DNA of 32,000 nt, taken from NCBI RefSeq assembly GCF_049243625.1, contig NZ_CP046975.1; one strand, 5' to 3'. This document shows, piece by piece, positions 9,389 to 17,883 of the stretch. The notes below the pieces were generated by a model. That model was given only the letters and a program-made list of their open reading frames with translations, was not told where the DNA came from and searched no databases. A program made the position numbers and the translations under genes. Every line of letters begins with the position of its first letter. The first letter of the stretch is position 1. This DNA is from Corynebacterium amycolatum. GTDB lineage: Bacteria; Actinomycetota; Actinomycetes; Mycobacteriales; Mycobacteriaceae.

Positions 9389-10452
9389 CCCTTCATCGCC
9401 GCGGTAACGATGTCCAGGCACAGCCCCGACTGGAGCGTTTCCTTGACCTCTTCAATGGAGTCGGCCATAGCTTCCTTTAGCGGACGGCCACCCAGACCAC
9501 GCGAAATGGCGATTGCGGCGGCGGAGTTAAGGATGACTGCATCGCGAATCGAACCTTCGAGTTCGCCAGCCCAAATGCGACGTGCAACATCAGCGTTGTA
9601 CGCGGGGTCACCGCCACGCAGCGCGTCAATTTCGGAGTACTCCATGCCATAGTCATGTGGATCGATGACATCTTCGGCAACTTCACCGTTTTCCACAATA
9701 AAGACCTTGGTGGGGCCAGTAACAGTAATCTCGTCGAGACCATCGCTTCCGCGTACCACCAACGCGCGCTGACCACGGCGGGCGAAGGTGTCCGCCATCG
9801 TCTCCATCTGATCTTCGAAGGCACAGCCAATCAAGCTTGCCTGCGGGCGTGCTGGATTCGTCAGCGGCCCCAACAGGTTGAAGACTGTCGGAACCGCTAG
9901 CTCCTTACGCACCGGTCCAGCGAAGCGCATGGCCGGATGAAAGCGAGCGGCAAAGAGGAAGCGCACGTAGAAGTCCGGATGTTCCGGAGAAGTAACGAGA
10001 CCGTTCTCAATGTCGATGCCAAAGGCCTCTAGCATGTCAGCTCCGCCCGACTTCGAGGAAGCCGCGCGGTTACCGTGCTTGAGCACCGGCACACCACTGG
10101 CCGCGATAACAATCATGGACATCGTGGAGATGTTGACGGTATTTGCGCCATCACCACCGGTGCCGACGATATCGACTGCACCGCGCTCAATAACACCGGC
10201 GAGCTGTGGATCATGAACTGGGCGGGCAAACGAAAGCATGCCCTCAGCCGCAGCATCGAGCTCGGCAGCCGTAATCCCCTTGGCGAGGAGACCGAAAGCA
10301 AACGTTGCGGTCTGGATGTCTCCGGAAGCACCTGACATGATCTGATCCATGGCGAATCGAATGCCCTCACCGGAAACTTCGCGGCCAGCGCCAATCGTGG
10401 AAAGAACATGGCGCCAGTTTTCGACCGCCCTCTTATCGCCGATCTCGCTCAT
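9385..10452 (-). CDS. trpD: Anthranilate phosphoribosyltransferase
   Basis: It has GTGGDGANTVNISTM and KHGNRAASSKSGGADMLEAFG motifs. I prefer ATG 10452, which has GGAAGGGAG 5 nt upstream, over the ORF-track GTG 10458, which abuts the SD. Confidence 0.85.
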   Translation of the reverse strand: MSEIGDKRAVENWRHVLSTIGAGREVSGEGIRFAMDQIMSGASGDIQTATFAFGLLAKGITAAELDAAAEGMLSFARPVHDPQLAGVIERGAVDIVGTGGDGANTVNISTMSMIVIAASGVPVLKHGNRAASSKSGGADMLEAFGIDIENGLVTSPEHPDFYVRFLFAARFHPAMRFAGPVRKELAVPTVFNLLGPLTNPARPQASLIGCAFEDQMETMADTFARRGQRALVVRGSDGLDEITVTGPTKVFIVENGEVAEDVIDPHDYGMEYSEIDALRGGDPAYNADVARRIWAGELEGSIRDAVILNSAAAIAISRGLGGRPLKEAMADSIEEVKETLQSGLCLDIVTAAMKG

Positions 10453-10508
10453 CGCCACTCCCTTCCACTAGATAGTCAAGTCTGTACTCGTACTTTATTA
10501 ATACAAAT

Positions 10509-10586
10509 GCACCTAGGTGCTGCTGGTTATTCCGCCCACCAGATGCACCACATCACGGGGCTTTCTGGAAAATCCCACCGTGATGT
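10509..10586 (-). promoter_or_regulatory. Set of overlapping alternative hairpins around the mini-ORF (candidate attenuator)
   Basis: P1: 10586-10574 pairs with 10560-10550 (11 bp, 1 bulge) and covers the mini-ORF start. P2: 10549-10539 GGUGCAUCUGG pairs with 10526-10516 CCAGCAGCACC (9/11). P3: the perfect 12-nt palindrome GCACCUAGGUGC (10520-10509) is followed by AUUUGUAUUAAUAAA. Confidence 0.4.
10527..10553 (-). CDS. Candidate Trp-rich leader peptide MWCIWWAE (8 codons plus stop)
   Basis: The minus strand reads ATG TGG TGC ATC TGG TGG GCG GAA TAA. AGAAAG lies 7 nt upstream of the ATG, and an in-frame GTG sits one codon upstream (10556). The stop is 74 nt upstream of the trpD ATG on the same strand. 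Confidence 0.5.
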   Translation of the reverse strand: MWCIWWAE

Positions 10587-10753
10587 ACGTAATAAGACAA
10601 GATACCTCCCCCATATATCCAGCGCATCACCAGGTCCGCCTTTTGCGTTCGCCGAAAATCTCACCCCCATTGGGGCAACTGGAAAAATACGATATTAAAT
10701 AGAGCCGAACCTGCGATAAACTAACCGACAGCCGATGCCGCAGTATCGCTAAC

Positions 10754-10810
10754 CCAGGTTCGCCGAAGGTGAACCTGGCAGTCCAGGGGGATGGACTCCG
10801 CGCACCGCGG
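10754..10810. other. Three back-to-back short hairpins in the trpD/ctaE spacer
   Basis: The pairs are CCAGGTTC-N9-GAACCTGG (10754-10778), AGTCCA-N6-TGGACT (10780-10797) and CCGCG-cac-CGCGG (10798-10810). No flanking U-tract on the plus strand. Function unknown. Confidence 0.3.
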
Positions 10811-10904
10811 CACAACAAAACCCTCGAATTCACCCGCGTCGGATAAAGACACTGGAAAGTTCCCAACAGGGGGAAAAATTAGTGAAATTCTCAGAAACCT
10901 TTCC

Positions 10905-10934
10905 TTGCGACCTGGGATTTTAGGAATTTATATA
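10905..10934 (+). promoter_or_regulatory. Candidate promoter of ctaE-qcrCAB (TTGCGA-N18-TATATA)
   Basis: The two hexamers were read directly. The -10 lies about 55 nt upstream of the ctaE GTG in an AT-rich patch. Confidence 0.3.
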
Positions 10935-10969
10935 CAAAAATGGGGGTTGCAACGTGACTACTCCTTAAG

Positions 10970-10985
10970 AACAGTACATACTGTT
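10970..10985. promoter_or_regulatory. Perfect inverted repeat AACAGTA-ca-TACTGTT, 4 nt upstream of the ctaE start codon
   Basis: The 7-bp arms are perfectly complementary. The repeat sits where an SD would be expected. It could be an operator or an RBS-occluding hairpin. Confidence 0.35.
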
Positions 10986-10989
10986 AGAT

Positions 10990-11604
10990 GTGACGAGCGC
11001 AGTTGAAAATCAAGGTATGACAGCACCACGTCGTGCTGCGACACTGAACCGACCGAATATGGTCAGTGTCGGCACGATTGTGTTCCTGTCTCAGGAATTA
11101 ATGTTCTTCGCCGGTCTGTTCGCGATGTACTTCGTGTCACGCGCGAACGGCCAGGGCGATTCGTGGGATTGGGGTACCGGCCACCTCAACGTCCCGTACG
11201 CACTAGTGATCACCGTGATCCTAGTGTCGTCTTCGTTCACTGCCCAGTGGGGCGTGTTCGCGGCCGAGCGTGGCGACGTTTTCGCACTCCGTAAGTGGTA
11301 CGCACTGTCTACCGCCCTGGGTGCAATCTTCCTCGTTGGCCAGGCTTACGAGTACTTCACCCTGGTTAGCCACGGTCTGACCATTCAGAACTCCATTTAC
11401 GGTTCGGTCTTCTTCATCACCACCGGATTCCACGCAGCCCACGTTCTCGCGGGTGTGCTGGCTTTCGTTGTGGTGCTTATCCGTACCTCCAAGGCGAAGT
11501 TCACCCCGGCACAGGCCACTGCTGCCATTGTGGTCTCGTACTACTGGCACTTCGTCGACGTCGTGTGGATTGGCCTGTTCATCACCATCTACTTCATCCA
11601 GTAG
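10990..11604 (+). CDS. ctaE: Cytochrome aa3 oxidase subunit III
   Basis: The 204-aa membrane protein has an N-terminus ([48 protein letters not shown]) nearly identical to C. glutamicum CtaE as I recall it. GTG start. Confidence 0.9.
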   Translation: MTSAVENQGMTAPRRAATLNRPNMVSVGTIVFLSQELMFFAGLFAMYFVSRANGQGDSWDWGTGHLNVPYALVITVILVSSSFTAQWGVFAAERGDVFALRKWYALSTALGAIFLVGQAYEYFTLVSHGLTIQNSIYGSVFFITTGFHAAHVLAGVLAFVVVLIRTSKAKFTPAQATAAIVVSYYWHFVDVVWIGLFITIYFIQ

Positions 11605-11637
11605 GCCGTATTGGCCGTTCTTTGTTTAGTACGGCCT
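11603..11637 (+). other. Intercistronic stem-loop between ctaE and qcrC
   Basis: AGGCCGTA (11603-11610) pairs with TACGGCCT (11630-11637), an 8-bp perfect stem with a 19-nt loop. There is no U-tract, so it is not a terminator. It overlaps the ctaE stop codon. Confidence 0.4.
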
Positions 11638-11679
11638 ACAGCCCATCCACTTTCCACGAACAGTCTTAAAGGGAAAAAG

Positions 11680-12570
11680 ATGGAAAACACTACCTCCGAA
11701 ACCAAGGACACCACGTCCTTGGCTGCGGCCCCGAAGTCAAAGGGCCGCCGCAAGATGCGCCGTACTGCCTCCGGTATTATGGCTATGGCTCTCGCCCTCA
11801 CCGGCGCGGGCTTCCTCGCTAATGCTCTGACCCCTGATGCACAGACGGCTACTGCTCAGCAGGATGAAGCCGCAATCATTCAGCAGGGTAAGGAGCTTTA
11901 TGACGTTGCTTGTATTACTTGCCACGGCGCCAACCTCCAGGGCGTTAAGGACCGCGGTAAGTCACTGATTGGCGTCGGCGAGGGTTCGGTTTACTTCCAG
12001 GTTCACTCCGGTCGTATGCCGATGCTTCGCAATGAGGCTCAGGCAGCACGTAAGACCCCGCGTTACTCCGAAGAGCAGACGCTGGCTATCGCAGCCTACG
12101 TCCGGGCTAATGGTGGCGGCGCAGGCATTGTCCGCGACGAAGACGGCTCCATTGCTATGGAGTCGCTGCGCGGTAAGAACGCCGGCCCGAACGGTGAGCT
12201 TGACCAGGCTGACGTTGCTCGCGGTTCCGAACTGTTCCGCCTGAACTGTGCATCCTGCCACAACTTCACCGGTCGTGGCGGTGCACTGTCCAGCGGTAAG
12301 TACGCACCAGTCCTGGATCCTGCAAATGAGCAGGAAATTTACCAGGCCATGCTGACCGGCCCGCAGAACATGCCGAAGTTCTCTGACCGCCAGCTATCTG
12401 CTGACGAGAAGAAGGACATCATCGCCTACATCAAGAACTCCAAGGAAACTCCGACCCAGGGTGGTTGGGGTATTGGTGGCATCGGCCCGGTTGCTGAAGG
12501 CCTTGTCATGTGGATTGTAGGCATCGTCGCTCTCGTAGCGGCCGCTCTTTGGATTGGATCCCGCCGATGA
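11680..12570 (+). CDS. qcrC: Cytochrome bc1 complex dihaem cytochrome c1 subunit
   Basis: It has two CxxCH haem motifs (CITCH, CASCH) and a C-terminal TM helix. I chose ATG 11680, which has aaagggaaaaag upstream, over the ORF-track start 11611. Confidence 0.9.
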   Translation: MENTTSETKDTTSLAAAPKSKGRRKMRRTASGIMAMALALTGAGFLANALTPDAQTATAQQDEAAIIQQGKELYDVACITCHGANLQGVKDRGKSLIGVGEGSVYFQVHSGRMPMLRNEAQAARKTPRYSEEQTLAIAAYVRANGGGAGIVRDEDGSIAMESLRGKNAGPNGELDQADVARGSELFRLNCASCHNFTGRGGALSSGKYAPVLDPANEQEIYQAMLTGPQNMPKFSDRQLSADEKKDIIAYIKNSKETPTQGGWGIGGIGPVAEGLVMWIVGIVALVAAALWIGSRR

Positions 12571-13778
12571 GTAATAACGAAAACAAGAAGTACAGCTCCG
12601 AAGAGCTGTCAAAGATGAGCAATGCGGATCTCGCTCGTCTGGGCGCTGAACTCGACGACGTGACCATTGCCTACCGCAAGGAACGCTTCCCGATTGCCAA
12701 CGACCCGGCTGAAAAGCGCGCGGCCCGTGGCGTCGCCATCTGGCTGGCTCTGTCGGTCATTCTTGGCCTGGCATTCATCGCCATCTACCTGTTCTACCCG
12801 TGGCACTACAAGGGTCACGGCGAAGAGGGGCTGTGGCTGTACACCATGTACACCCCGCTGCTGGGTATCACCATCGGTGGCTGTATCGTCACCCTGGGTA
12901 TTGGTGCAGTTAAGTTCACCAAGCGCTTCATCCCGGAAGAGATTTCGGTTCAGCGCCGCCACGATGGTCCGTCCGAAGAGGTCGACCAGAAGACCATCGT
13001 TGCCCTGCTGAACGATTCTTGGCAGACTTCCACCCTGGGCCGTCGCTCCGCCATCAAGGGTCTCCTTGGTACCGGTGCCGTCCTGGCTGGTATCGGCATG
13101 ATTCTTCCGCTTGGCGGCATGATTAAGAACCCGTGGAAGCCACGCCACGACGTTGACGTCACTGGTGACGGAACTCTGTGGACCACCGGTTGGACTCTTG
13201 TCGAGCAGGGCCACAAGGTTTACCTCGGCCGCGACACCGGTGCTATCGCTGAAGAGGGTGCACACGGCTACACCACCAAGGGCGTTTCCCGCCTGGTTCG
13301 CCTCCGCCCAGAGGATCTGTCCGCAGGTTCTATGGAGACTGTCTTCCCGCTTCCGGAAGAGGACGTCAACGACGGCGACAAGTACTCCAAGGATGCCGAT
13401 GTCTACGAGGCACACATGCACTCGATTCACGGCTCCCGCAACTCGGTCATGCTGATTCGTCTGCGTTCCCAGGACGCTGAAAAGGCAATCCTGCGCAAGG
13501 ATCAGGAAGACTTCCACTACGGCGACTACTTCGCCTACTCGAAGATTTGTACACACATTGGTTGCCCGACTTCTCTGTACGAACAGCAGACGAACCGTAT
13601 TCTCTGCCCATGCCACCAGTCGCAGTTCGATGCACTGCACTACGGCAAGCCGGTCTTCGGTCCAGCTGCTCGCGCTCTTCCGCAGCTGCCGATCAGCGTT
13701 GATGAAGAAGGCTACATGTACGCAGAGGGCAACTTCGTTGAGCCCGTCGGTCCGGCATTCTGGGAGCGTCAATCATGA
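12567..13778 (+). CDS. qcrA: Cytochrome bc1 complex Rieske iron-sulfur subunit
   Basis: Rieske motifs CTHIGCP and CPCHQSQF are present, with N-terminal TM helices. ATG 12567 overlaps the qcrC stop (ATGA), which suggests translational coupling. Confidence 0.9.
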   Translation: MSNNENKKYSSEELSKMSNADLARLGAELDDVTIAYRKERFPIANDPAEKRAARGVAIWLALSVILGLAFIAIYLFYPWHYKGHGEEGLWLYTMYTPLLGITIGGCIVTLGIGAVKFTKRFIPEEISVQRRHDGPSEEVDQKTIVALLNDSWQTSTLGRRSAIKGLLGTGAVLAGIGMILPLGGMIKNPWKPRHDVDVTGDGTLWTTGWTLVEQGHKVYLGRDTGAIAEEGAHGYTTKGVSRLVRLRPEDLSAGSMETVFPLPEEDVNDGDKYSKDADVYEAHMHSIHGSRNSVMLIRLRSQDAEKAILRKDQEDFHYGDYFAYSKICTHIGCPTSLYEQQTNRILCPCHQSQFDALHYGKPVFGPAARALPQLPISVDEEGYMYAEGNFVEPVGPAFWERQS

Positions 13779-15403
13779 GTAATCCAACGAAACTAGCAAC
13801 CGCTGCTAAGAATATGGATGACCGCTACACCCTGTCTGGCGGCATGCGTAAGCAGCTCAATAAGGTATTCCCTACCCACTGGTCCTTCCTGCTGGGTGAG
13901 ATTGCACTCTACTCCTTCGTAGTCCTGCTCTTCTCGGGTGTTTACCTGACTCTGTTCTTCGACCCGTCGATGTCGAAGGTCATTTACGACGGTGCCTACG
14001 CGCCACTCAACGGTGTCGAGATGTCTCGCGCCTACGAGACCGCCCTGCAGATCTCCTTCGAGGTTCGCGGTGGTCTGTTCATTCGCCAGATCCACCACTG
14101 GGGTGCTCTTCTGTTCGCCGTGTCCATCATGGCGCACATGTTCCGCATCTTCTTCACCGGCGCATTCCGCAAGCCGCGTGAAGCTAACTGGGTCATCGGT
14201 TCCATCCTCCTGCTGCTGTCCGTGGCAGAGGGCTTCATGGGTTACTCCCTGCCGGACGACCTGCTTTCCGGCGTTGGTCTGCGTATTATGTCCGCAATCA
14301 TCATCGGTCTGCCGATTATCGGCACCTGGCTGCACTGGATGATGTTCAACGGCGACTTCCCGGGTGACATGATCATCCCACGCCTGTACATTGCACACGT
14401 GCTGATTCTCCCTGCTCTGCTGCTGGGCCTGATCGCCGCTCACCTGGCTCTGGTCTGGTACCAGAAGCACACCCAGTTCCCCGGCGCAGGTCGTACCGAG
14501 AACAACGTCGTCGGCGTTCGTATCCTCCCGATCTTCGCGGTCAAGTCCGTTTCCTTCGGTCTGATTACCTTCGGCTTCCTGGCGCTGTTCGCTGGTATCT
14601 TCCAGATCAACGCAATTTGGAACCTTGGACCGTACAACCCAGCGCAGGTTTCCGCCGGTTCCCAGCCGGATATCTACATGCTGTGGACTGACGGTGCTGC
14701 CCGTGTCATGCCGCCGTGGGAGCTCTACCTGGGCTCCTACACGATCCCGGCAGTCTTCTGGGTCGCCCTGCTCTGTGGTATTTTGGTCGTCCTGCTCTTC
14801 GCCTACCCGTTCATCGAGGCGAAGATCACCGGCGACAACGCCCACCACAACCTGCTGCAGCGTCCGCGCGACGTGCCGGTTCGCTCCGGCCTTGGTGCCA
14901 TGGCTCTGGTCTTCTACACCCTGCTGACTCTGTCCGGTGGTAACGACCTGATTGCATACCACTTCCAGATCTCGCTGAACGTGATGACCTGGGTTGGTCG
15001 TATCGGTCTGATTATCCTGCCGCCGATCGCTTACTTCGTCACTTACCGAATCTGCATCGGCCTGCAGCGCTCTGACCGCGCTGTCCTGGAGCACGGCATT
15101 GAGACGGGCATCATCAACCAGCTGCCTGATGGTTCCTTCATCGAGGTCCACCAGCCGCTAGGCCCGGTCGACGAGCACGGCCACGCCGTTCCGCTCGAGT
15201 ACCAGGGAGCTTACGTCCCGAAGACCATGAACGAACTGGGCGCCGCTGGTAACCCGGGTCGCGGTAGCTTCTTCAGCCCGGACTCCCCGGAGATCGCCGA
15301 AGAGGCAGCTCGCATCGAGCACGAGAACCACGAGCAGCAGGCTCAGATGTTCCGTGACCTCGAAGCTCAGAACGCTGAAGAGCGTCGCCAGCTCGAGCAC
15401 TAA
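13775..15403 (+). CDS. qcrB: Cytochrome bc1 complex cytochrome b subunit
   Basis: This 542-aa polytopic protein has cytochrome b haem-ligand regions ([21 protein letters not shown]). Its ATGA start overlaps the qcrA stop. Confidence 0.92.
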   Translation: MSNPTKLATAAKNMDDRYTLSGGMRKQLNKVFPTHWSFLLGEIALYSFVVLLFSGVYLTLFFDPSMSKVIYDGAYAPLNGVEMSRAYETALQISFEVRGGLFIRQIHHWGALLFAVSIMAHMFRIFFTGAFRKPREANWVIGSILLLLSVAEGFMGYSLPDDLLSGVGLRIMSAIIIGLPIIGTWLHWMMFNGDFPGDMIIPRLYIAHVLILPALLLGLIAAHLALVWYQKHTQFPGAGRTENNVVGVRILPIFAVKSVSFGLITFGFLALFAGIFQINAIWNLGPYNPAQVSAGSQPDIYMLWTDGAARVMPPWELYLGSYTIPAVFWVALLCGILVVLLFAYPFIEAKITGDNAHHNLLQRPRDVPVRSGLGAMALVFYTLLTLSGGNDLIAYHFQISLNVMTWVGRIGLIILPPIAYFVTYRICIGLQRSDRAVLEHGIETGIINQLPDGSFIEVHQPLGPVDEHGHAVPLEYQGAYVPKTMNELGAAGNPGRGSFFSPDSPEIAEEAARIEHENHEQQAQMFRDLEAQNAEERRQLEH

Positions 15404-15440
15404 AACTCCGCGGTAGATTTTCTACTGCGCTCAAATAAGA

Positions 15441-15487
15441 CCATCCCGGTCCGCATCCACTTCGGATGTCGACCGGGGTGGTTTTTT
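15441..15487 (+). terminator. Rho-independent terminator of ctaE-qcrCAB
   Basis: CCATCCCGGTC pairs with GACCGGGGTGG, with an inner CATCC/GGATG extension, followed by TTTTTTG. Confidence 0.75.
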
Positions 15488-15559
15488 GTTCCCCAGATTC
15501 TTTCGAGCTCGCCTTGACTCCCACATATGTCAGATACCAAATCTGCTGTTTACCAGTAC

Positions 15560-15565
15560 TAAAAT
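15560..15565 (+). promoter_or_regulatory. Candidate -10 box (TAAAAT) for a leaderless ABC-F transcript
   Basis: The sequence reads gtacTAAAATggacatATG. The hexamer ends 6 nt before the ATG and no SD is present. Confidence 0.3.
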
Positions 15566-15571
15566 GGACAT

Positions 15572-17299
15572 ATGTCTACCAGTCACTCCCCCACCACCGA
15601 CCTTTCGAACAACGCCACACAGCTTGTCGCCAACGGTGTCAACTTCGACTACGAGGCCACGCCTGTTCTGCGCGATGTCTCGCTCACGCTTTCCGACGGC
15701 GATGTCCTCGGATTGGTCGGAGACAACGGAGCCGGCAAATCCACTCTTCTTTGGCTGCTGTCGGGTCGTCGTCGACCCACGAGCGGTACGGTGACTCATA
15801 TTGGCACGCGTGTGCTCGGCTCTCAGGAGTTAGAAGCGCCTTTCGACTCCACGGTGCAAATGCTTATCGATGAGGCTCTCGGCCCCTCGAAACGTCGTCT
15901 AGCGGAGTTGGAAGAGGCAGCTGAGGCGATGTCCTTAGCAGAGACCCCAGATGAGTCTGAGGCGGCAGAGAAAGCGTATTCGAAGGTCTTCTCGGATGTC
16001 ATGGCTCACGATGACTGGAACGCCGAACATAACGCGGAAATTGTACTCGACCATCTCGGCCTGACCGGCACTGCTCCCGACGGCGCTCCCCTGGTAGAGC
16101 AACTAACCACGGAGATTTCCGGCGGGCAGCGGGCGCGGCTGGGGCTCGCGATTACGCTCATTCGAAAGCCAGAGATTTTGCTTCTCGACGAGCCCACCAA
16201 CCATCTCGATGAACGCGGTCGCCAGCTCGTGATTGACACCATTCAGAACCACCCTGGAGTGGTTGTGGTGGCAACGCATGACCGCGACTTCCTGGATGCC
16301 GTTTGTACTGTAATTGGAGACTTGGTGCCGGGGCGCCCTGGTATTGGGCTGTTCCGTGGCAATTACTCCGACTACGCGAAGCACCGTCGCCACCAGCGTG
16401 AGCTATGGGAGCACCAGTGGCGCTCCGAGGAGCATGAACGCAATCGGTTGGAAGACACCATCGACAATGGCGCCCGTGAGGTCTCACCGGGCCGAGCAAT
16501 GACGGACAACAACAAGATGGCTTATGACCGCCGTGGCGGTCGTGTAGAGCGGCAAATCGCGCGCCGCGTGCGTTCGGCTAAGCAGCGACTGGATGAGCTC
16601 ATTGAGGAAGGTGTGGAGCGTCCGCCGGCTCTGCTGGGCTTTGATGCCCCGCTGACCGCACCCCTACCGACCAAGCGCGCTGCATCGGGAAGCGATGAGG
16701 ATTTTCACATCAAGATGCGCGGTGTGGTCGTCCCAGATCGAATTCGGGTTGGTTCACTGACTATTCGTCCCGGAGACAAGGTCGTTATCACAGGCCCTAA
16801 TGGGGCCGGAAAATCTACTTTGTTCAAGGCCATCATGGGGCAAGTTGAGACGCAGGCTGGCGAGGTGCGTATCGGCGAGAACTGTCGAGTAGCCATGCTG
16901 GCTCAGGAACAAGACTGGGAAACCCCAAAGAAGTCCGCCCGTGAGTTGTACGACCTTGCTCCCAATGCCCGCGTGCCTCTCGACGACTTTGGGTTGCTTA
17001 GCCTCGAGGACGCCAATCGACCTGTAGGTGACCTGTCCATCGGACAGCAGCGTCGAGTGGCATTGGCGCTCGTTGTGGCCAATCCACCAGAGATTTTGCT
17101 TCTCGACGAACCTACTAACCATCTGAGTGTGGATCTAATCGAGCAGGTCCAGGACGCTATTGCATCTGCTGAAGGCACAATTATTGTAATTACCCACGAT
17201 CATCGCATGATCAACTCGCTCGAGGCGCGTCATTTGCAGGTGACCGACGGCGAAGTCGTCGAGTTACCTAAGGGGCAAAAACCTGTCGAGTTCGCTTAA
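15572..17299 (+). CDS. ABC-F family ATPase (two tandem ABC domains, no transmembrane domain)
   Basis: NBD1 has GDNGAGKST, ISGGQRARL and LLLDEPTNHLD. NBD2 has GPNGAGKST, LSIGQQRRV and LLLDEPTNHLS. A roughly 100-aa charged linker (RHQRELWEHQWRSEEHERNRLED...) joins them. Confidence 0.9.
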   Translation: MSTSHSPTTDLSNNATQLVANGVNFDYEATPVLRDVSLTLSDGDVLGLVGDNGAGKSTLLWLLSGRRRPTSGTVTHIGTRVLGSQELEAPFDSTVQMLIDEALGPSKRRLAELEEAAEAMSLAETPDESEAAEKAYSKVFSDVMAHDDWNAEHNAEIVLDHLGLTGTAPDGAPLVEQLTTEISGGQRARLGLAITLIRKPEILLLDEPTNHLDERGRQLVIDTIQNHPGVVVVATHDRDFLDAVCTVIGDLVPGRPGIGLFRGNYSDYAKHRRHQRELWEHQWRSEEHERNRLEDTIDNGAREVSPGRAMTDNNKMAYDRRGGRVERQIARRVRSAKQRLDELIEEGVERPPALLGFDAPLTAPLPTKRAASGSDEDFHIKMRGVVVPDRIRVGSLTIRPGDKVVITGPNGAGKSTLFKAIMGQVETQAGEVRIGENCRVAMLAQEQDWETPKKSARELYDLAPNARVPLDDFGLLSLEDANRPVGDLSIGQQRRVALALVVANPPEILLLDEPTNHLSVDLIEQVQDAIASAEGTIIVITHDHRMINSLEARHLQVTDGEVVELPKGQKPVEFA

Positions 17300-17314
17300 T
17301 GCCGAATCGCAAAA

Positions 17315-17362
17315 CAAAAAAGTCTCTCCCACTAACGCCCTTGTTAGTGGGAGAGACTTTTC
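17315..17362. terminator. Bidirectional rho-independent terminator (ABC-F / ctaF)
   Basis: A perfect 16-bp stem (AGTCTCTCCCACTAAC / GTTAGTGGGAGAGACT) with a 6-nt loop is flanked by an A-run upstream and TTTT downstream. It therefore has a U-tract on both strands. Confidence 0.8.
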
Positions 17363-17401
17363 GGTTATCTACGACTGTGGTTCAGTCGGCTTGCACTCGG
17401 A

Positions 17402-17848
17402 CTAGTGCTTCTCCGGCGGAGTGATGTACTGAGTGTTGAGCTTGGTGCCGGCGACGATCAGGATTACCGCGCCAAGAACAATCAGCCAGTAGGCCATGAA
17501 TGCGATGCCGTAGCCCATGAGCAGGATGCCCATGGTCATCACGAACGGCCAAATCGAGCTAGCGGAGAAGAAACCGAGGGTTCCAGCACCGTCGGCAACC
17601 TCTGCCTCTTCGAAGTCGGCCGGGGTGATGTCGGAACGGCGCTCAGTGAAGTGGAAGTATCCACCGAGCATCAGGGTCATCAGAGCTGCGAGGACCAGGC
17701 CGGTTGCGCCGGCCCACTCGAGGCGACCCTGGCTTTCGTTGATGACGTTACCGGTGTCCTGGAGGTACTGAGTGCCGAAGATGTAGACGACAGCCATGAA
17801 CCCCAGGAACACGGTAAGTCCGTAGAAGAGCTTTGCTGCAGACTTCAT
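17402..17848 (-). CDS. ctaF: Cytochrome aa3 oxidase subunit IV
   Basis: This 148-aa protein has four TM helices. Its position directly downstream of ctaC and its actinobacterial CtaF-like sequence (MKSAAKLFYGLTVFLGFMAVVY...) support the call. Confidence 0.85.
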   Translation of the reverse strand: MKSAAKLFYGLTVFLGFMAVVYIFGTQYLQDTGNVINESQGRLEWAGATGLVLAALMTLMLGGYFHFTERRSDITPADFEEAEVADGAGTLGFFSASSIWPFVMTMGILLMGYGIAFMAYWLIVLGAVILIVAGTKLNTQYITPPEKH

Positions 17849-17883
17849 TTGAGAACTTCCTTTAGGTAAGAATCTTGCTGGGT

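Noticed and set aside
10600-10680. C-rich runs (CCTCCCCC, CACCCCC) reminiscent of 6C RNA loops.
   Set aside because: The supporting stems are only about 4 bp, the two-hairpin 6C layout is not reproduced, and the known 6C locus context is different.
11611-11679. ORF-track N-terminal extensions of qcrC. The same issue applies to qcrA (12510-12566), asnB (19545-19559), ilvE (29770-29808), ctaC (19060-19086) and trpD (10453-10458).
   Set aside because: The internal start codons have SD sequences, ATGA coupling, the obligatory Met-Cys N-terminus (asnB) or agreement with ortholog N-termini. The extensions are artefacts of longest-ORF calling.
12609-15151. Long minus-strand ORFs (387 aa and 452 aa) antisense to qcrA and qcrB.
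   Set aside because: These are shadow ORFs of highly conserved respiratory genes with biased D/Q/V/G-rich translations. There is no SD and no independent signal.
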